Assembly: GCA_023700245.1 (NCBI GenBank)
Contig: JAJPRE010000002.1
Location: 34,363 to 98,362, forward strand
Source: Candidatus Thalassarchaeaceae archaeon
Lineage (GTDB): Archaea > Thermoplasmatota > Poseidoniia > Poseidoniales > Thalassarchaeaceae
Direction of reading: 5' to 3'
DNA length: 64,000 nucleotides
The first letter of the stretch is position 1. Every line of letters starts with the position of its first letter. The notes below the pieces were generated by a model that searched no databases, was not told the origin of the DNA, and saw nothing but the letters and a program-made list of their open reading frames with translations. A program made the position numbers and the translations under genes. This document shows positions 19,825 through 30,974 of the stretch, piece after piece.

Positions 19825-20472
19825 ATGGCAATCGGAGAGGGCATCGATGATGAAGTCCCACAGAATCAAATTGGGGGTGACCATAGTAATTCTCCCGATA
19901 ACGAGACTTTATTTATTATGGATTCAATAATTCAGAGATTAAAGCCAAAAGATTCTCATCATGTAAAGGAAATGATTAACCAAAGAGGACTAGCATCCGG
20001 TGCACTTTTGATGACTAGTCTATTATTCTGGTGGATTTCTATAAAAAAAGGTGGCGATCAAGTTAATGACTCTAATATCCCCGTTTCTATGATTGGCCAA
20101 TTTGAATTTGAAACTTTAAGTATTGTAGTTGCAATAATAATATTCATGGCTACATTAGTCATGATAATGGGAAGAGAAAAGGGGAATGCAACAATTTCTA
20201 ATTTGGGCGGATTATTGATTGTACTTGGAATTTTTTATATTCTTGAACCACTGATATTAAATTTTGAAGAACTGGGTGCCGAATCTGCAATTTTTGCATC
20301 CGGACGCCTCTTTGGCCTTGCAACAATGATTTTCCTTTCTTCTAAGTTTTTCTTTGATGCACTATTACTTCAATGGGTTAGTTCAAGTATGGTCAATATG
20401 GGTATCGATGTCTTGTCTAAAAATAATTATGAGGATAATATAAGCCCCAATGAAGAAGAAAATTCATATTAA
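19825..20472 (+). CDS. Hypothetical membrane protein (about 4 TM)
   Basis: Hydrophobic segments between acidic termini; TAATG overlap with trm56. Confidence 0.6.
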   Translation: MAIGEGIDDEVPQNQIGGDHSNSPDNETLFIMDSIIQRLKPKDSHHVKEMINQRGLASGALLMTSLLFWWISIKKGGDQVNDSNIPVSMIGQFEFETLSIVVAIIIFMATLVMIMGREKGNATISNLGGLLIVLGIFYILEPLILNFEELGAESAIFASGRLFGLATMIFLSSKFFFDALLLQWVSSSMVNMGIDVLSKNNYEDNISPNEEENSY

Positions 20473-21032
20473 TGGGAAGATCGGACAAGATGAATACTTC
20501 AATATCAGTACTTAGACTAGGTCATAGACGAGAGAGGGATAAGCGAATAACTTCTCATCTAGGGCTTACTGCCAGAGCATTTGGTGCGGATGAAATAATA
20601 CTATCAGGAGAAGAAGATCCATCTCCTCTTCTGACTTGGAACTCAGTCTCAAATCGTTTTGGAGGAGAATTCATTTGCCGTTATGAATCTAAGCCACTAC
20701 GCTTACTTCGTAAAACTGCAAAAGATAAAAATACATTAATAGTTCATTTGACGATGTACGGAGAAAAGATGGAAGATATATTCGATAAATTTCCTTTTGA
20801 TGAGTCAATATTGATAGTTGTTGGAGGTACCAAAGTTCCAGGAGAAGTTTATGGATTAGCAGATTATAATATTTCAATAGGAAGTCAACCACATTCCGAG
20901 GTAGCAGCATTAGCAATTTTTCTTAATAATTATGTTGATATTGACTCATTAAATAATAAATTTTCCGGAGGAGAAATTAAAGTAGTGCCGACCAAAAGAG
21001 GGAAAAAAATATTGACACTAGAAGAAGAATAA
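20472..21032 (+). CDS. trm56: tRNA (cytidine56-2'-O)-methyltransferase (archaeal SPOUT)
   Basis: VLRLGHRRERDKRITSHLGLTARAFGA, VHLTMYG, VGGTKVP, QPHSEVAALA. Confidence 0.93.
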   Translation: MGRSDKMNTSISVLRLGHRRERDKRITSHLGLTARAFGADEIILSGEEDPSPLLTWNSVSNRFGGEFICRYESKPLRLLRKTAKDKNTLIVHLTMYGEKMEDIFDKFPFDESILIVVGGTKVPGEVYGLADYNISIGSQPHSEVAALAIFLNNYVDIDSLNNKFSGGEIKVVPTKRGKKILTLEEE

Positions 21033-21102
21033 TCATATCTAATGCTGCTTTTTATTCATATTATTCTCAATGATTAATAGTCGTAGTTTGGCAGCAATAC
21101 TG

Positions 21103-22428
21103 ATGTCAGACTCGGAAATTACGCGAGGCTTCTGTCCCGGCGCTTCTGGAATAGATGTAAAATCTCCTCCCATCTTTGCCGATGCTACTGATTTATTGAT
21201 CGATCATGATTCACGGCAACCACCTTCAGGTTCAAAAGGTGTTCTTATTTTGGCAGACGGGTCGAGGTATGAAGGAATTTTATTTGGCTTTGAAAGCATT
21301 ACTGAGGGTGAACTGGTTTTCAATACTGCTATGTCCGGCTATCAAGAAAGTATGACAGATCCATCATTTGCAGGTCAAATTTTGACATTTACCTGGCCAC
21401 TATTGGGAAATTATGGTATAATTCCTGGCATATCTGAATCTTCTAGAGTTCATCCAAGGGGGATTATATGCCGGCAAGCCATGAAGATTCCCGACCATAG
21501 GAATAGTATTGGGAGCATCCATGATTTTCTTTTTGCTCACCAAGTTCCAGGAATTGAAGGCATAGATACACGGTCATTAACAAAAAAAGTTAGGGAATTT
21601 GGGACACTATTATGTGCATTTGGCCCAATTGATAAAGAAAATGAAGTAAAAAATAGAATAAATAAAATGGTACATCCCGATACAGAAGACTTGGTCGCTT
21701 CTGTTACTTGTCAGGAATCCATAATTTTAAATCCAGGTGTTAAAAATATCGATGGAAATAAATTACCTAGATTAGTAGTTATCGATTGTGGGATAAAATA
21801 TAATATTCTTCGAGAACTATGTGCAAGATTTGAAGTCGTCTGGTGCCCGGCTTCAACCAAATTTAATAAAATAATTGAAAAATGGAATCCAGATGCTATA
21901 TTTGCATCAAATGGCCCCGGTGATCCTGCTCATTATGGAGATGCTAAGATAGCTCGTAATACTTTATCATCTGCAGTTAAGGCCGATATCCCAGTTATGG
22001 GAATATGTCTTGGACATCAATTAATGGGTCTTGCTGCTGGATTAAGGACATATAAATTAAGATACGGGCATAGAGGAGTTAATCAACCAGTTATTGATTT
22101 AGAAACGGGGAAAGTACACATAACGAGTCAAAATCATGGATATGCAGTTGAAGATCCGAATAAAGGCATGATAGGCCCTCATCCATCGGGGATGCATTCT
22201 GAGGCATCAAATAATACTCTCGGAGCAGATTTTAAGGTCCGTCATATTAATGCTAATGATCAAACAGTGGAGGGATTAGATTTGATTGATAAACCAGTAT
22301 TCACGGTCCAATTCCATCCTGAAGCTTGCCCAGGGCCACATGATGCATCTCTATTATTCAATAGGTTTTCAGCCATGGTTCAATTGTTTCTAAATTCGAA
22401 CATAATTATTGATGGAAGTGAGGTTTAA
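21103..22428 (+). CDS. carA: Carbamoyl-phosphate synthase small subunit
   Basis: GELVFNTAMSGYQESMTDPS, SNGPGDP, GICLGHQ, TSQNHG, QFHPEA. Start at 21103 or 21070. Confidence 0.95.
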   Translation: MSDSEITRGFCPGASGIDVKSPPIFADATDLLIDHDSRQPPSGSKGVLILADGSRYEGILFGFESITEGELVFNTAMSGYQESMTDPSFAGQILTFTWPLLGNYGIIPGISESSRVHPRGIICRQAMKIPDHRNSIGSIHDFLFAHQVPGIEGIDTRSLTKKVREFGTLLCAFGPIDKENEVKNRINKMVHPDTEDLVASVTCQESIILNPGVKNIDGNKLPRLVVIDCGIKYNILRELCARFEVVWCPASTKFNKIIEKWNPDAIFASNGPGDPAHYGDAKIARNTLSSAVKADIPVMGICLGHQLMGLAAGLRTYKLRYGHRGVNQPVIDLETGKVHITSQNHGYAVEDPNKGMIGPHPSGMHSEASNNTLGADFKVRHINANDQTVEGLDLIDKPVFTVQFHPEACPGPHDASLLFNRFSAMVQLFLNSNIIIDGSEV

Positions 22429-25400
22429 TGCCTAGAAGAAACGATATCAAGAAAATTGCCATCCTTGGTAGTGGCCCTATTCGTATAGGGCAAGCTGCAG
22501 AATTTGATTTCTCTGGTTCTCAAGCATGCCGTGCCCTGAGGGATGATGGATATGAAATTGTAATAATAAATTCTAATCCAGCAACCATACAAAATGATCC
22601 TGAAATGGCAGATAAAATATATATTGAACCCTTGTTGCCTGAAGTGGTCAAAAGAATTTTAGAAATTGAAAAACCTGATGCATTACTTGCAGGAATGGGA
22701 GGCCAAACAGCATTAAATTTGGCATCAGCATTGGCACATGATGGATCCTTAGATCAACTAGGCGTTGAATTAATCGGTTGTGATTTAGTTTCTATTGATG
22801 AAGCTGAAGACAGAGATTTGTTTAAGAAGACATGTGAAGAAATAGGTTTACCTGTTTGCAAAGGCATAGCATGTTCCACTATAGAAGAAGTGATGTCCGC
22901 ATCAAATAAACTAGGTGGATTCCCGCTATTGATAAGGCCTGCATTTACACTGGGTGGCCTGGGTGGAGGAACTGCATTCAATACAGGGCAATTAGTAGAA
23001 ATTGCAAGTCAAGGAATTCTTCATTCTGCGATTGGACAGGTTTTAGTTGAAGAAAGTATTCTTGGGTGGCAAGAGCATGAATACGAAGTTATGAGGGACG
23101 ATGCTGATAACGCAATTATTGTGTGCACCATGGAAAACCTTGATCCCATGGGAGTCCATACCGGTGAATCTATTGTAGTCGCCCCTCAGCAAACACTTTC
23201 TGATCAGGATCACCAAATGCTTAGAGATGCAGCTCTTAAATTAATCAGACGATTAAATATCAAGGGCGGTTGTAATGTTCAATTTGCATTTGATCAATCT
23301 AGTGGAGATTTTCGCGTCATAGAAGTCAATCCACGAGTCTCGCGATCTTCTGCATTAGCATCAAAAGCTACTGGATATCCAATTGCTAGAATGGCAGCAT
23401 TGATTGCTGTTGGATATACCTTGGATGAATTGCCAAATCCAATAACCGGAGAAGGCACTACTGCCGCTTTTGAGCCAACATTGGACTATTGCGTAGTTAA
23501 AATCCCGAGATGGCCATTTGATAAATTTAGAACTGCCGATAGGACTATTGGAACATCTATGAAATCTACGGGTGAAGTAATGGCAATAGGACGTACTTTC
23601 GAAGAAGCGTGCCTAAAAGCATGGTCTAGTTTAGAATACGGTAGACCTTATCCTAGGCCACTAACTAATAACGAATCTTCGGATGGTGCCACGGAAGATG
23701 AAAACCAACCCTTGTCTACGGCTATATTGGAAGATTGGCTAAGAGTTCCAACTGACAGAAGGATAACTGCAATTTTTGAAGCATTTCGTCGAGGCTATAA
23801 TGTTGAAGATGTGAGGGATTTAACAGGAGGTATAACTCGTTGGTTTCTACATAGATTTGAAAGCATGGCATCTACGGAATTACAAATTAGGGCATCAGGA
23901 GAGATGGGCTTAAAACCATCTTTAATCTCAGAATTAGAATTAAGAAATTGGAAAGGTCAAGGATTTTCTGATATATATATTGCAGATGCACTTTCAGGTT
24001 TCCCCGATGGAGGGATATCTAATATCCCTGTTGGAGAGGGTGAATTTGCCGTAACATCTCGAAGGCATGAGTTAGGATTGCATCCTAAATATAGGATGGT
24101 GGACTCATGTGCAGCAGAATTTGCAGCAGTCACGCCATATTATTATTCTACTTATGAAGGAGGTAATACAAAAATTGGTATAGATCAGACGCCGATTGAT
24201 AAAAATAATGGTAAAAAGAGAATTGTTGTAGTTGGATCGGGGCCAATTAGAATAGGGCAAGGAATAGAATTTGATTACGCATGCGTACATGCAGCAGGAG
24301 CGATTCAAGATTTAGGGCATGAGGCAATAATAATAAATAACAATCCTGAGACAGTTTCTACTGATTTTGATACTAGTGATAGATTGTATTTTGATCCATT
24401 GTCATTGGAATCAGTCTCTGAAATATTATTAAGGGAATCTGCCGATGGGATATTATTACAATTTGGGGGGCAAACTGCTATAAATTTAGCATTACCATTA
24501 TCAGAAAATTTAAATCATTTGAGAAAATTTGGAATTAATACTGTCATTCAAGGAACTCCTCCATCTGCCATTGACGAAGCTAGTGATAGAGATCTTTTCG
24601 AAAAATTTGCATCAAGAAATGATTTAAGGATGCCAAATGGTATGATGGCATCATCGCCAAAAGAAGTATATAATTGTGTTTCAAATATTGGATATCCGGT
24701 TTTAATTAGGCCATCATATGTTTTAGGTGGAAGAGGGATGGAAATCTTGTCATCTGATGAACAACTGGAGACATACATGAAAGAAGCATATATAGCTAGA
24801 GATCGCCCATTATTGATTGATGATTATTTGGGGAATGCAGTTGAGCTAGATGTCGATGCAGTTTGCGACGGTAACGAGGTTTTAATCGGAGCAATAATGG
24901 AACATTTGGAAGAAGCGGGAATACATTCTGGTGACTCTACCTGTTTTATTCCGCCTCAGAATATATCTAAAAAAATAATTTCCCAAGTGGAGGAATGGAC
25001 AAGAATAATTGGGTTAAAATTGGGAATTATAGGCTGTTATAATATTCAATTTGCCATATGTGAGGAGATTCTATATGTTTTAGAGGTTAATCCAAGAGGT
25101 TCTCGAACATTCCCATTCGTCGCCAAATCAACAGGGATACCTTTAGCCAGAATTGCTGCAAGAATAGCATTAGGGGATAAAATCAAAGATTTACCAATTC
25201 CTTTACCTCAAAAAGATATAGTATGCGTAAAAGCTCCTGTTTTTCCATTCATAAAATTAAGAGGATTAGATCCCGCACCGGGTCCAGAAATGAAATCAAC
25301 AGGAGAGGTAATGGGTTCACATGTCAGGGCATCAGCTGCATATCTAAAGGCTAGATTAGCTACAGAATTACCAGTTCCAATAGAAGGAGGAGTTTATATT

Positions 25401-25802
25401 ACTGTCAAAGATAAGGATAAATTTGAAGTCATAAATCAAGCAAAAGCATTGCATAAAATGGGATTTAATTTATTCGCAACAAGTGGAACTTCAAATATTC
25501 TAAGAGATACTGGAAAATTAGATGTGACTACGTGCTATAGGATATCAGAAAGAAAATCCCCAGATGCACTAGATTTAATGAGACAAGGTAAAATTCACCT
25601 CATAATAAATACTCCTAGTTCTACTGGTGGTGCTGTTCTAGATGGTAATATGATGAGGAGGTTAGCAGTAGAACTCAATATCCCATTTGTCACTACCATG
25701 GCAGGTGCTAAAATGGAAGTTGAAGCCATTCTTGAAGCTCAGCATGGAATTCCTGAACCAAGATTATTAGATATATCGCCATTAGGAAAGATTGTAATAT
25801 AA
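22428..25802 (+). CDS. carB: Carbamoyl-phosphate synthase large subunit
   Basis: MPRRNDIKK, GSGPIRIGQAAEFDFSG, duplicated ATP-grasp halves, C-terminal MGS domain. Confidence 0.97.
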   Translation: MPRRNDIKKIAILGSGPIRIGQAAEFDFSGSQACRALRDDGYEIVIINSNPATIQNDPEMADKIYIEPLLPEVVKRILEIEKPDALLAGMGGQTALNLASALAHDGSLDQLGVELIGCDLVSIDEAEDRDLFKKTCEEIGLPVCKGIACSTIEEVMSASNKLGGFPLLIRPAFTLGGLGGGTAFNTGQLVEIASQGILHSAIGQVLVEESILGWQEHEYEVMRDDADNAIIVCTMENLDPMGVHTGESIVVAPQQTLSDQDHQMLRDAALKLIRRLNIKGGCNVQFAFDQSSGDFRVIEVNPRVSRSSALASKATGYPIARMAALIAVGYTLDELPNPITGEGTTAAFEPTLDYCVVKIPRWPFDKFRTADRTIGTSMKSTGEVMAIGRTFEEACLKAWSSLEYGRPYPRPLTNNESSDGATEDENQPLSTAILEDWLRVPTDRRITAIFEAFRRGYNVEDVRDLTGGITRWFLHRFESMASTELQIRASGEMGLKPSLISELELRNWKGQGFSDIYIADALSGFPDGGISNIPVGEGEFAVTSRRHELGLHPKYRMVDSCAAEFAAVTPYYYSTYEGGNTKIGIDQTPIDKNNGKKRIVVVGSGPIRIGQGIEFDYACVHAAGAIQDLGHEAIIINNNPETVSTDFDTSDRLYFDPLSLESVSEILLRESADGILLQFGGQTAINLALPLSENLNHLRKFGINTVIQGTPPSAIDEASDRDLFEKFASRNDLRMPNGMMASSPKEVYNCVSNIGYPVLIRPSYVLGGRGMEILSSDEQLETYMKEAYIARDRPLLIDDYLGNAVELDVDAVCDGNEVLIGAIMEHLEEAGIHSGDSTCFIPPQNISKKIISQVEEWTRIIGLKLGIIGCYNIQFAICEEILYVLEVNPRGSRTFPFVAKSTGIPLARIAARIALGDKIKDLPIPLPQKDIVCVKAPVFPFIKLRGLDPAPGPEMKSTGEVMGSHVRASAAYLKARLATELPVPIEGGVYITVKDKDKFEVINQAKALHKMGFNLFATSGTSNILRDTGKLDVTTCYRISERKSPDALDLMRQGKIHLIINTPSSTGGAVLDGNMMRRLAVELNIPFVTTMAGAKMEVEAILEAQHGIPEPRLLDISPLGKIVI

Positions 25803-25830
25803 TTCTTGATTATAAAATAGTAAAAAGAAT

Positions 25831-27411
25831 TTAAAATGATGAATCTATTAAAGATGTCATATGGTCTATTCCGACTTCAGATATTATTGATGCAATCCTT
25901 GGCCCGTTATGCTTTCCTAACATTAACCAATAAAGCGATGCATAACATTCCTTAGCACTAATTCCAGACTCTTTAGAAATACTCCTAATAAAATTACCTA
26001 TTTCCTTTTCATTCCACGCGCAATCATTTATTTTTTTTCTAAATAATATTATGAATTCTATTTGATTTGAATTTATATTTTTAACAGCTTCTGCTGTTAT
26101 AGTTTTATGAATCACTATCTTAGAATTTTCAGGAAAATGAGGGCCATCTATCCAATGTCTCATACGTTCTAATCTTTCAATTAATATTTTATTTGGGTTA
26201 TTATCAATATGTCCACTATTCTTCAGTGATTTCCAAACATCCTCATCTTTACTTTTTATCTGAGCAAGTAATGATAGATGCCTAAAAGATACCCCTCCAA
26301 ATGATTCTTGAGGATTTTCTCCTCTATTTATTTGACTAAGATTCAATGCACCAATATTGGTTTCCTTTGCTATTTTTTGCCTTCTAGTCAATCCATCAAT
26401 TTCATCTGTAGTCGTTTCAGACAATAATCTTTCATATTCATCTGCTGTATCAAATAATGTGGCGCCAGTATCAAAATCAATATGCCGATTTACCTTACTT
26501 CTAGCAATGACATATCTTAATATCTCTGGAGGGACTAAATTTAATGCTTCAACTGGACCTATTGTTACTCCTTTTGAGCTTGACATTGGCCCCATGCCCT
26601 TCAACTGAATCCATTCATAAACCATCTTTTTTGGTGGCTCACTACCTAATAATTTACAAATTGGGATTCCAGTATCATAACTTCCTCCGGCCGAACCGTG
26701 ATCTTTGCCAGCAGGTTCAGAAGTTATTGCATGTATGCCCCAACGAGCCGCCCAATCAATCCTCCAGGGTAATTTTCCTTCTGCCTTCATGATATTTGAT
26801 TTCCCCTCAATTCCTAACCTGTCTGTCCAGTAAACATATGGTTTTTCATATCTAGTCACCTTTACCCCGTCCATACTGCCGTCTGAGCCAATTGGACTAT
26901 AGGGAAACCAGTCATCTTGTAGTTCCCTGCCTGAAATATTTTCAATTATCTCCCTTATGTGTTCTTTTTGTATTATTGCTGCGTCTATCTTTTCTGCAAA
27001 TCTCCCATCTGCATATACTTGATGATTCATTACGATTTCAGGAAATACTCCTATTTTTTTTAATGATTCTAAAAATGGATTAAGAAAATATTCTGCATAA
27101 CTTTTTCCATTTTTATCTGGATCTCCATTTTTATCTGGGGCAGGAATAAAGGCCAATGGTGTACCAATATATTTTTCATAGCTTGGAGATAAGAAATCAT
27201 ACACCCTTCTCAGAGGATCCATTGAATCAACGATAAAAATATATTTTGATTCAAGCCCTATGTCAAGGCATGCCCGATGAATCATTTCCGCTGTTAATAT
27301 TTCTCTTATGTGGCCAATATGGAAATCTCCGGACGGAGTGATTCCAGACGCACAAACTTGTGATGCATTATTTTCACTCAGTTTCTGAGCAGCGTGATGG
27401 GCCCAATGCAT
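25831..27411 (-). CDS. lysS: Lysine--tRNA ligase, class I
   Basis: MHWA, SGITPSGDFHIGH, GKLPWRIDW, GKDH, MSSSKG, GPR. Confidence 0.95.
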   Translation of the reverse strand: MHWAHHAAQKLSENNASQVCASGITPSGDFHIGHIREILTAEMIHRACLDIGLESKYIFIVDSMDPLRRVYDFLSPSYEKYIGTPLAFIPAPDKNGDPDKNGKSYAEYFLNPFLESLKKIGVFPEIVMNHQVYADGRFAEKIDAAIIQKEHIREIIENISGRELQDDWFPYSPIGSDGSMDGVKVTRYEKPYVYWTDRLGIEGKSNIMKAEGKLPWRIDWAARWGIHAITSEPAGKDHGSAGGSYDTGIPICKLLGSEPPKKMVYEWIQLKGMGPMSSSKGVTIGPVEALNLVPPEILRYVIARSKVNRHIDFDTGATLFDTADEYERLLSETTTDEIDGLTRRQKIAKETNIGALNLSQINRGENPQESFGGVSFRHLSLLAQIKSKDEDVWKSLKNSGHIDNNPNKILIERLERMRHWIDGPHFPENSKIVIHKTITAEAVKNINSNQIEFIILFRKKINDCAWNEKEIGNFIRSISKESGISAKECYASLYWLMLGKHNGPRIASIISEVGIDHMTSLIDSSF

Positions 27412-27420
27412 ATCAAAGCC

Positions 27421-28002
27421 TCAAACAGAAACTACTCTAATCAAGCCTCTCAGAGAAACTCCTTCTAATTCATCAGCAGTTGATTTATTGGCTAATACTA
27501 GGCATAATTGAACATCTGCACCAAGAGATTTAAGATTATTTATAGTTTTCTTCATGGTGGTTCCGGAAGATATGACATCATCAACAATTACGACTTTTTT
27601 TCCTCTAACATCGGCATAAACATCTGAAATATGGCCATTTCCATTATCATGTATACTTCTACTTATGGATATCTCTAAATCCATCATGCTTGCTATCGAT
27701 TGAGCAAAAACAATACCATTAAGACTTATTCCTACGACTACTTCTATGGCATCCCCGCACTCTTCTTCTATTATGTCACAAAATATAGATGAAATTGCTT
27801 CAATTCTTGAGCCCTTGACTGCTATTGATCTCCAGCCAATTCGAATATCTTTTGGTGGTTCTTCTATGGTTTCTTTTGCTGATAGCCACATCACCGTAGT
27901 CTGTGAAAGTGACATCTCATCAGCAATTTGTTGAGTGCTTAATCCATCTGAACGATAACTCTCTACCTGGGCTCTAAGTTCATCAATACTCATTTGCATC
28001 AT
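27421..28002 (-). CDS. HTH plus phosphoribosyltransferase-fold protein (PyrE-like / GfcR-type regulator)
   Basis: N-terminal HTH GLSTQQIADEMSLSQTTVMWL, PKDIRIGW, PRPP-binding VIVDDVISSGTT. Confidence 0.8.
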   Translation of the reverse strand: MMQMSIDELRAQVESYRSDGLSTQQIADEMSLSQTTVMWLSAKETIEEPPKDIRIGWRSIAVKGSRIEAISSIFCDIIEEECGDAIEVVVGISLNGIVFAQSIASMMDLEISISRSIHDNGNGHISDVYADVRGKKVVIVDDVISSGTTMKKTINNLKSLGADVQLCLVLANKSTADELEGVSLRGLIRVVSV

Positions 28003-28073
28003 GCTTGCCGAGTGCTTGAGTGCTATGAATCCACCGATAATATATTGTAATTATTGCATAAAAATCAATTTTT

Positions 28074-28523
28074 TTAAAATTTACCAGTACTGCCGAAGCC
28101 ACCATGTCCTCTTTCCGTTATGCCCAAATCATCAATACTGACCTCGGTAAAATAAACTTCTGGTATAGGAGAAATAAGTAATTGTGCAATTCTTTCCCCT
28201 TCAGTTATGGTGTATGAATCATGTTGGCCAATCCAAGTCATAAGAACAAATAATTCTCCTCTATAGTCAGAATCAATTGTACCTATACTATGTGGGAGTA
28301 TTAGGCCCTTTTTTCCCAAAGATGAACGTGCCCTGACTTGACCCTCGAACCCATTGGGAATAGCAACATGTATTCCTGTTCTGACTTTTACACTTTTTCG
28401 AAATGGAACAACAGTATCTTCTATTGCATATAGGTCCCAACCAGCGGCATAAATACTACCTTTTGTTGGAATTTTTGCTTTTGGATCTACTGCAGAAACT
28501 CTAACTTCTACTGGTTCACTCAT
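28074..28523 (-). CDS. dut: dUTP diphosphatase (trimeric)
   Basis: AAGWDL, ARSSLG, GTIDSDYRGE, ERIAQL, RGHGGFGSTG. Start moved to ATG 28523. Confidence 0.93.
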   Translation of the reverse strand: MSEPVEVRVSAVDPKAKIPTKGSIYAAGWDLYAIEDTVVPFRKSVKVRTGIHVAIPNGFEGQVRARSSLGKKGLILPHSIGTIDSDYRGELFVLMTWIGQHDSYTITEGERIAQLLISPIPEVYFTEVSIDDLGITERGHGGFGSTGKF

Positions 28524-28609
28524 ATATATTGGAAAGACCCAGTACTTTTCACACTTGGTGATAATGTCTTTCCGGTGACGTGAAAAAGGAGATGCCACTG
28601 GGACGTCCA

Positions 28610-29014
28610 ATGACTGACTACGAATCTCTTCTTGATAGAGCAAGAGATAGAATTCCTAAGGATATTAGCGAAAGATCAAGATGGACTATGCCTGAACCTG
28701 ATGTCCTTATAGAAGGGAGTCAAACAATTCTGAGAAACTTTTCAGATATTGTTGATTCTATGGATAGGGATTCAAATCATGTTTACCAATATTTATTGAA
28801 CGAACTTGGAACTTCTGGGACACGAGAAAAAGTACGAATTATGTTCAAGGGCAGAGTCCCTCCTAAAAGAATAAAGGAGAAAATTGTTTCTTATGTTAAA
28901 TCTTATGTGATATGTAGCCAATGCCGTGCACCTGATACTAGTTTCATAAAAGAAGCTAGAACCACCTTGCTCAAGTGCCAAGCATGCGGAGCTACTCGTC
29001 CAGTCAGGCTTTAA
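28610..29014 (+). CDS. eif2b: Translation initiation factor aIF2 beta subunit
   Basis: DYESLLDRA, TILRNF, LNELGT, CSQCRAPDT...LKCQACGA zinc ribbon. Confidence 0.92.
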   Translation: MTDYESLLDRARDRIPKDISERSRWTMPEPDVLIEGSQTILRNFSDIVDSMDRDSNHVYQYLLNELGTSGTREKVRIMFKGRVPPKRIKEKIVSYVKSYVICSQCRAPDTSFIKEARTTLLKCQACGATRPVRL

Positions 29015-29017
29015 CTT

Positions 29018-30043
29018 TCATATTGGAGAAAAATCTAATAATATCTTCCCGCGATTCTTTCTGTTATGCATATGAATATGAGCCTCAGAAACTTTTTCAA
29101 ATCTCCAAACTGAATCAATAATTGGATTAATTGCTTTTTTACTCATTAGTTCACTAAGCACCAATAGATGATTTCTAAATATCTCTTCATCTTTTATTCT
29201 GCCCATATGGACTCCAAATATGGATTTATTGGAATTCATCATATCAAGTGCATTAAATTTTGGAGTCGTCTTTATCATTTTAAGTGCAGCAAAAATTGAT
29301 CTGGTCTTACGTGGAACGGCAGATGACGCACCGAAAATATGCAATTTACCACCATTTCTTAATGATTTATATGATTTTAATAAATGTTTTCCAGCAACCG
29401 GATCTAGCGCTTGATGAACTCCAAGGCCATTAGTTAATCCTTTACAAATATCTACAAAATCTTCTTTATCTTTATCAATAAAATACATTCCTAATGATTC
29501 TACAAATTCCTTTTTGGATTCAGAAGCTGTTCCTATTATCATTCCTGCGCCATGAGTCTGGCATATTTGCGCCGCTGCAGTCCCAACTCCTCCGGCTGCA
29601 TGATGAATCAATATGGAATCTCCCTTTTGTAAATTACCTAAATAAATCAGCATATGATATGCCGTACAATATGTGACGGGAATAGCCGCAGCTTGATCAA
29701 AACTAACATTATCAGGTATTGGCATAACTCTCATGGAATCAATTATTACTTCTTCTGAATATCCTCCAAAACCAGTTAATCCAATTACTCGTTGATCAAT
29801 TTGAAGATTTTTTACTTCTGGGCCTAACTCACTTATCACTCCTGAGACCTCATATCCTGGAGTAAATGGAAATTCTGGAGCCGAACCATACAATCCCTGC
29901 CTCATCATTAGATCAGCAAAATTTATCCCAGCTCTATGTACCCTTATTCTAACTTGATTTTCGCTAATTTTCTTATGTTTTATCTCAACAATTTTAATTG
30001 ATTCCGGGCCACCAACTTTGGGATAAATTATTTTTTTCATCAA
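29018..30043 (-). CDS. Medium-chain dehydrogenase/quinone oxidoreductase, VAT-1-like
   Basis: GINFADLMMRQGLY, TPGYEVSG, AAGGVG, RKNRGKILL. Confidence 0.88.
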   Translation of the reverse strand: MMKKIIYPKVGGPESIKIVEIKHKKISENQVRIRVHRAGINFADLMMRQGLYGSAPEFPFTPGYEVSGVISELGPEVKNLQIDQRVIGLTGFGGYSEEVIIDSMRVMPIPDNVSFDQAAAIPVTYCTAYHMLIYLGNLQKGDSILIHHAAGGVGTAAAQICQTHGAGMIIGTASESKKEFVESLGMYFIDKDKEDFVDICKGLTNGLGVHQALDPVAGKHLLKSYKSLRNGGKLHIFGASSAVPRKTRSIFAALKMIKTTPKFNALDMMNSNKSIFGVHMGRIKDEEIFRNHLLVLSELMSKKAINPIIDSVWRFEKVSEAHIHMHNRKNRGKILLDFSPI

Positions 30044-30061
30044 AATACTTCCTTATGCTCA

Positions 30062-30631
30062 TCAAGGCAAATAAAATCTAATCCCAGATATTGATTTTTT
30101 CTTACGCTCTGGAATGATTTCTGGATAGCCCACCCTTATGAATCCGATAATACGCTCTTTTTCACTTGAGATATTAAGAGCCCGATAACTCATTTCATGC
30201 CTAGTTATTGATCCTGTGCTCCATTGTGATCCTATGCCTTGTTCCCACATAGATAATACGAAATTATGCAATGCGCAAACAGTTGCTGCATAATCTTCCT
30301 CGTCTCTAAATGCATCATTGATATTTATTGACGTAGTCACCGCAATTAATTCTGGGGCATCTTTAATTTTTGAAATTGCTTTATTAATTCCAAATTCAAC
30401 ATCTTCTTTACTATTCAATGCCTTTTCTCTTGCCATTAATTCTACAATAGGAATAATTTTATTTCTTGTCTCTTTTCCCATTATATAAAATTTCCAAGGA
30501 TGTGTCTGTTTATGACAGGGTGCGTGCCTTGCCGCTTCAAACCCTGTTTCTAGATAATTATGTTCAATACTCCTGTTTGAAAATCTATATATTGATCTTC
30601 TTGTTAATAAATTATTTTGAACTTTTGACAT
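30062..30631 (-). CDS. Nitroreductase family protein (YdjA-like)
   Basis: TRRSIYRF, APCHKQTHPWKF, GIGSQWSTG, VGYP. Confidence 0.85.
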   Translation of the reverse strand: MSKVQNNLLTRRSIYRFSNRSIEHNYLETGFEAARHAPCHKQTHPWKFYIMGKETRNKIIPIVELMAREKALNSKEDVEFGINKAISKIKDAPELIAVTTSININDAFRDEEDYAATVCALHNFVLSMWEQGIGSQWSTGSITRHEMSYRALNISSEKERIIGFIRVGYPEIIPERKKKSISGIRFYLP

Positions 30632-30642
30632 AATCGGTCTTC

Positions 30643-30969
30643 CTAATCCAAAGTATCAAATTTCGCAGCTAGGATAAAATCAGATTCAGTTAAACCATCT
30701 ATTTTATGAGTGTAGATAATTGCCTTCACTCTTCCCCATCCAATTTCAAAGTCTGCATGATGATTCTCTTCTTCACAAATTGCACCAAGTTTTACGGCAT
30801 GATCAAGTGCATTTTGAAAGTTATCAAACTTCCAATTTCTCTCTAAATGATGAACCAATATTACTTCCCAACTATTATCTAAAGACATTAATAATTCATC
30901 ACATTCTTTCTCTTCTAGGGCAGGTACCCCTCCCTCACAAGGTATGCATCTTTTATTTTTTAATTCCAT
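30643..30969 (-). CDS. phhB: Pterin-4-alpha-carbinolamine dehydratase
   Basis: CIPCEGG, EEENHHAD, YTHKIDGLTESDFILAAK. Confidence 0.9.
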   Translation of the reverse strand: MELKNKRCIPCEGGVPALEEKECDELLMSLDNSWEVILVHHLERNWKFDNFQNALDHAVKLGAICEEENHHADFEIGWGRVKAIIYTHKIDGLTESDFILAAKFDTLD

Positions 30970-30974
30970 CTTAA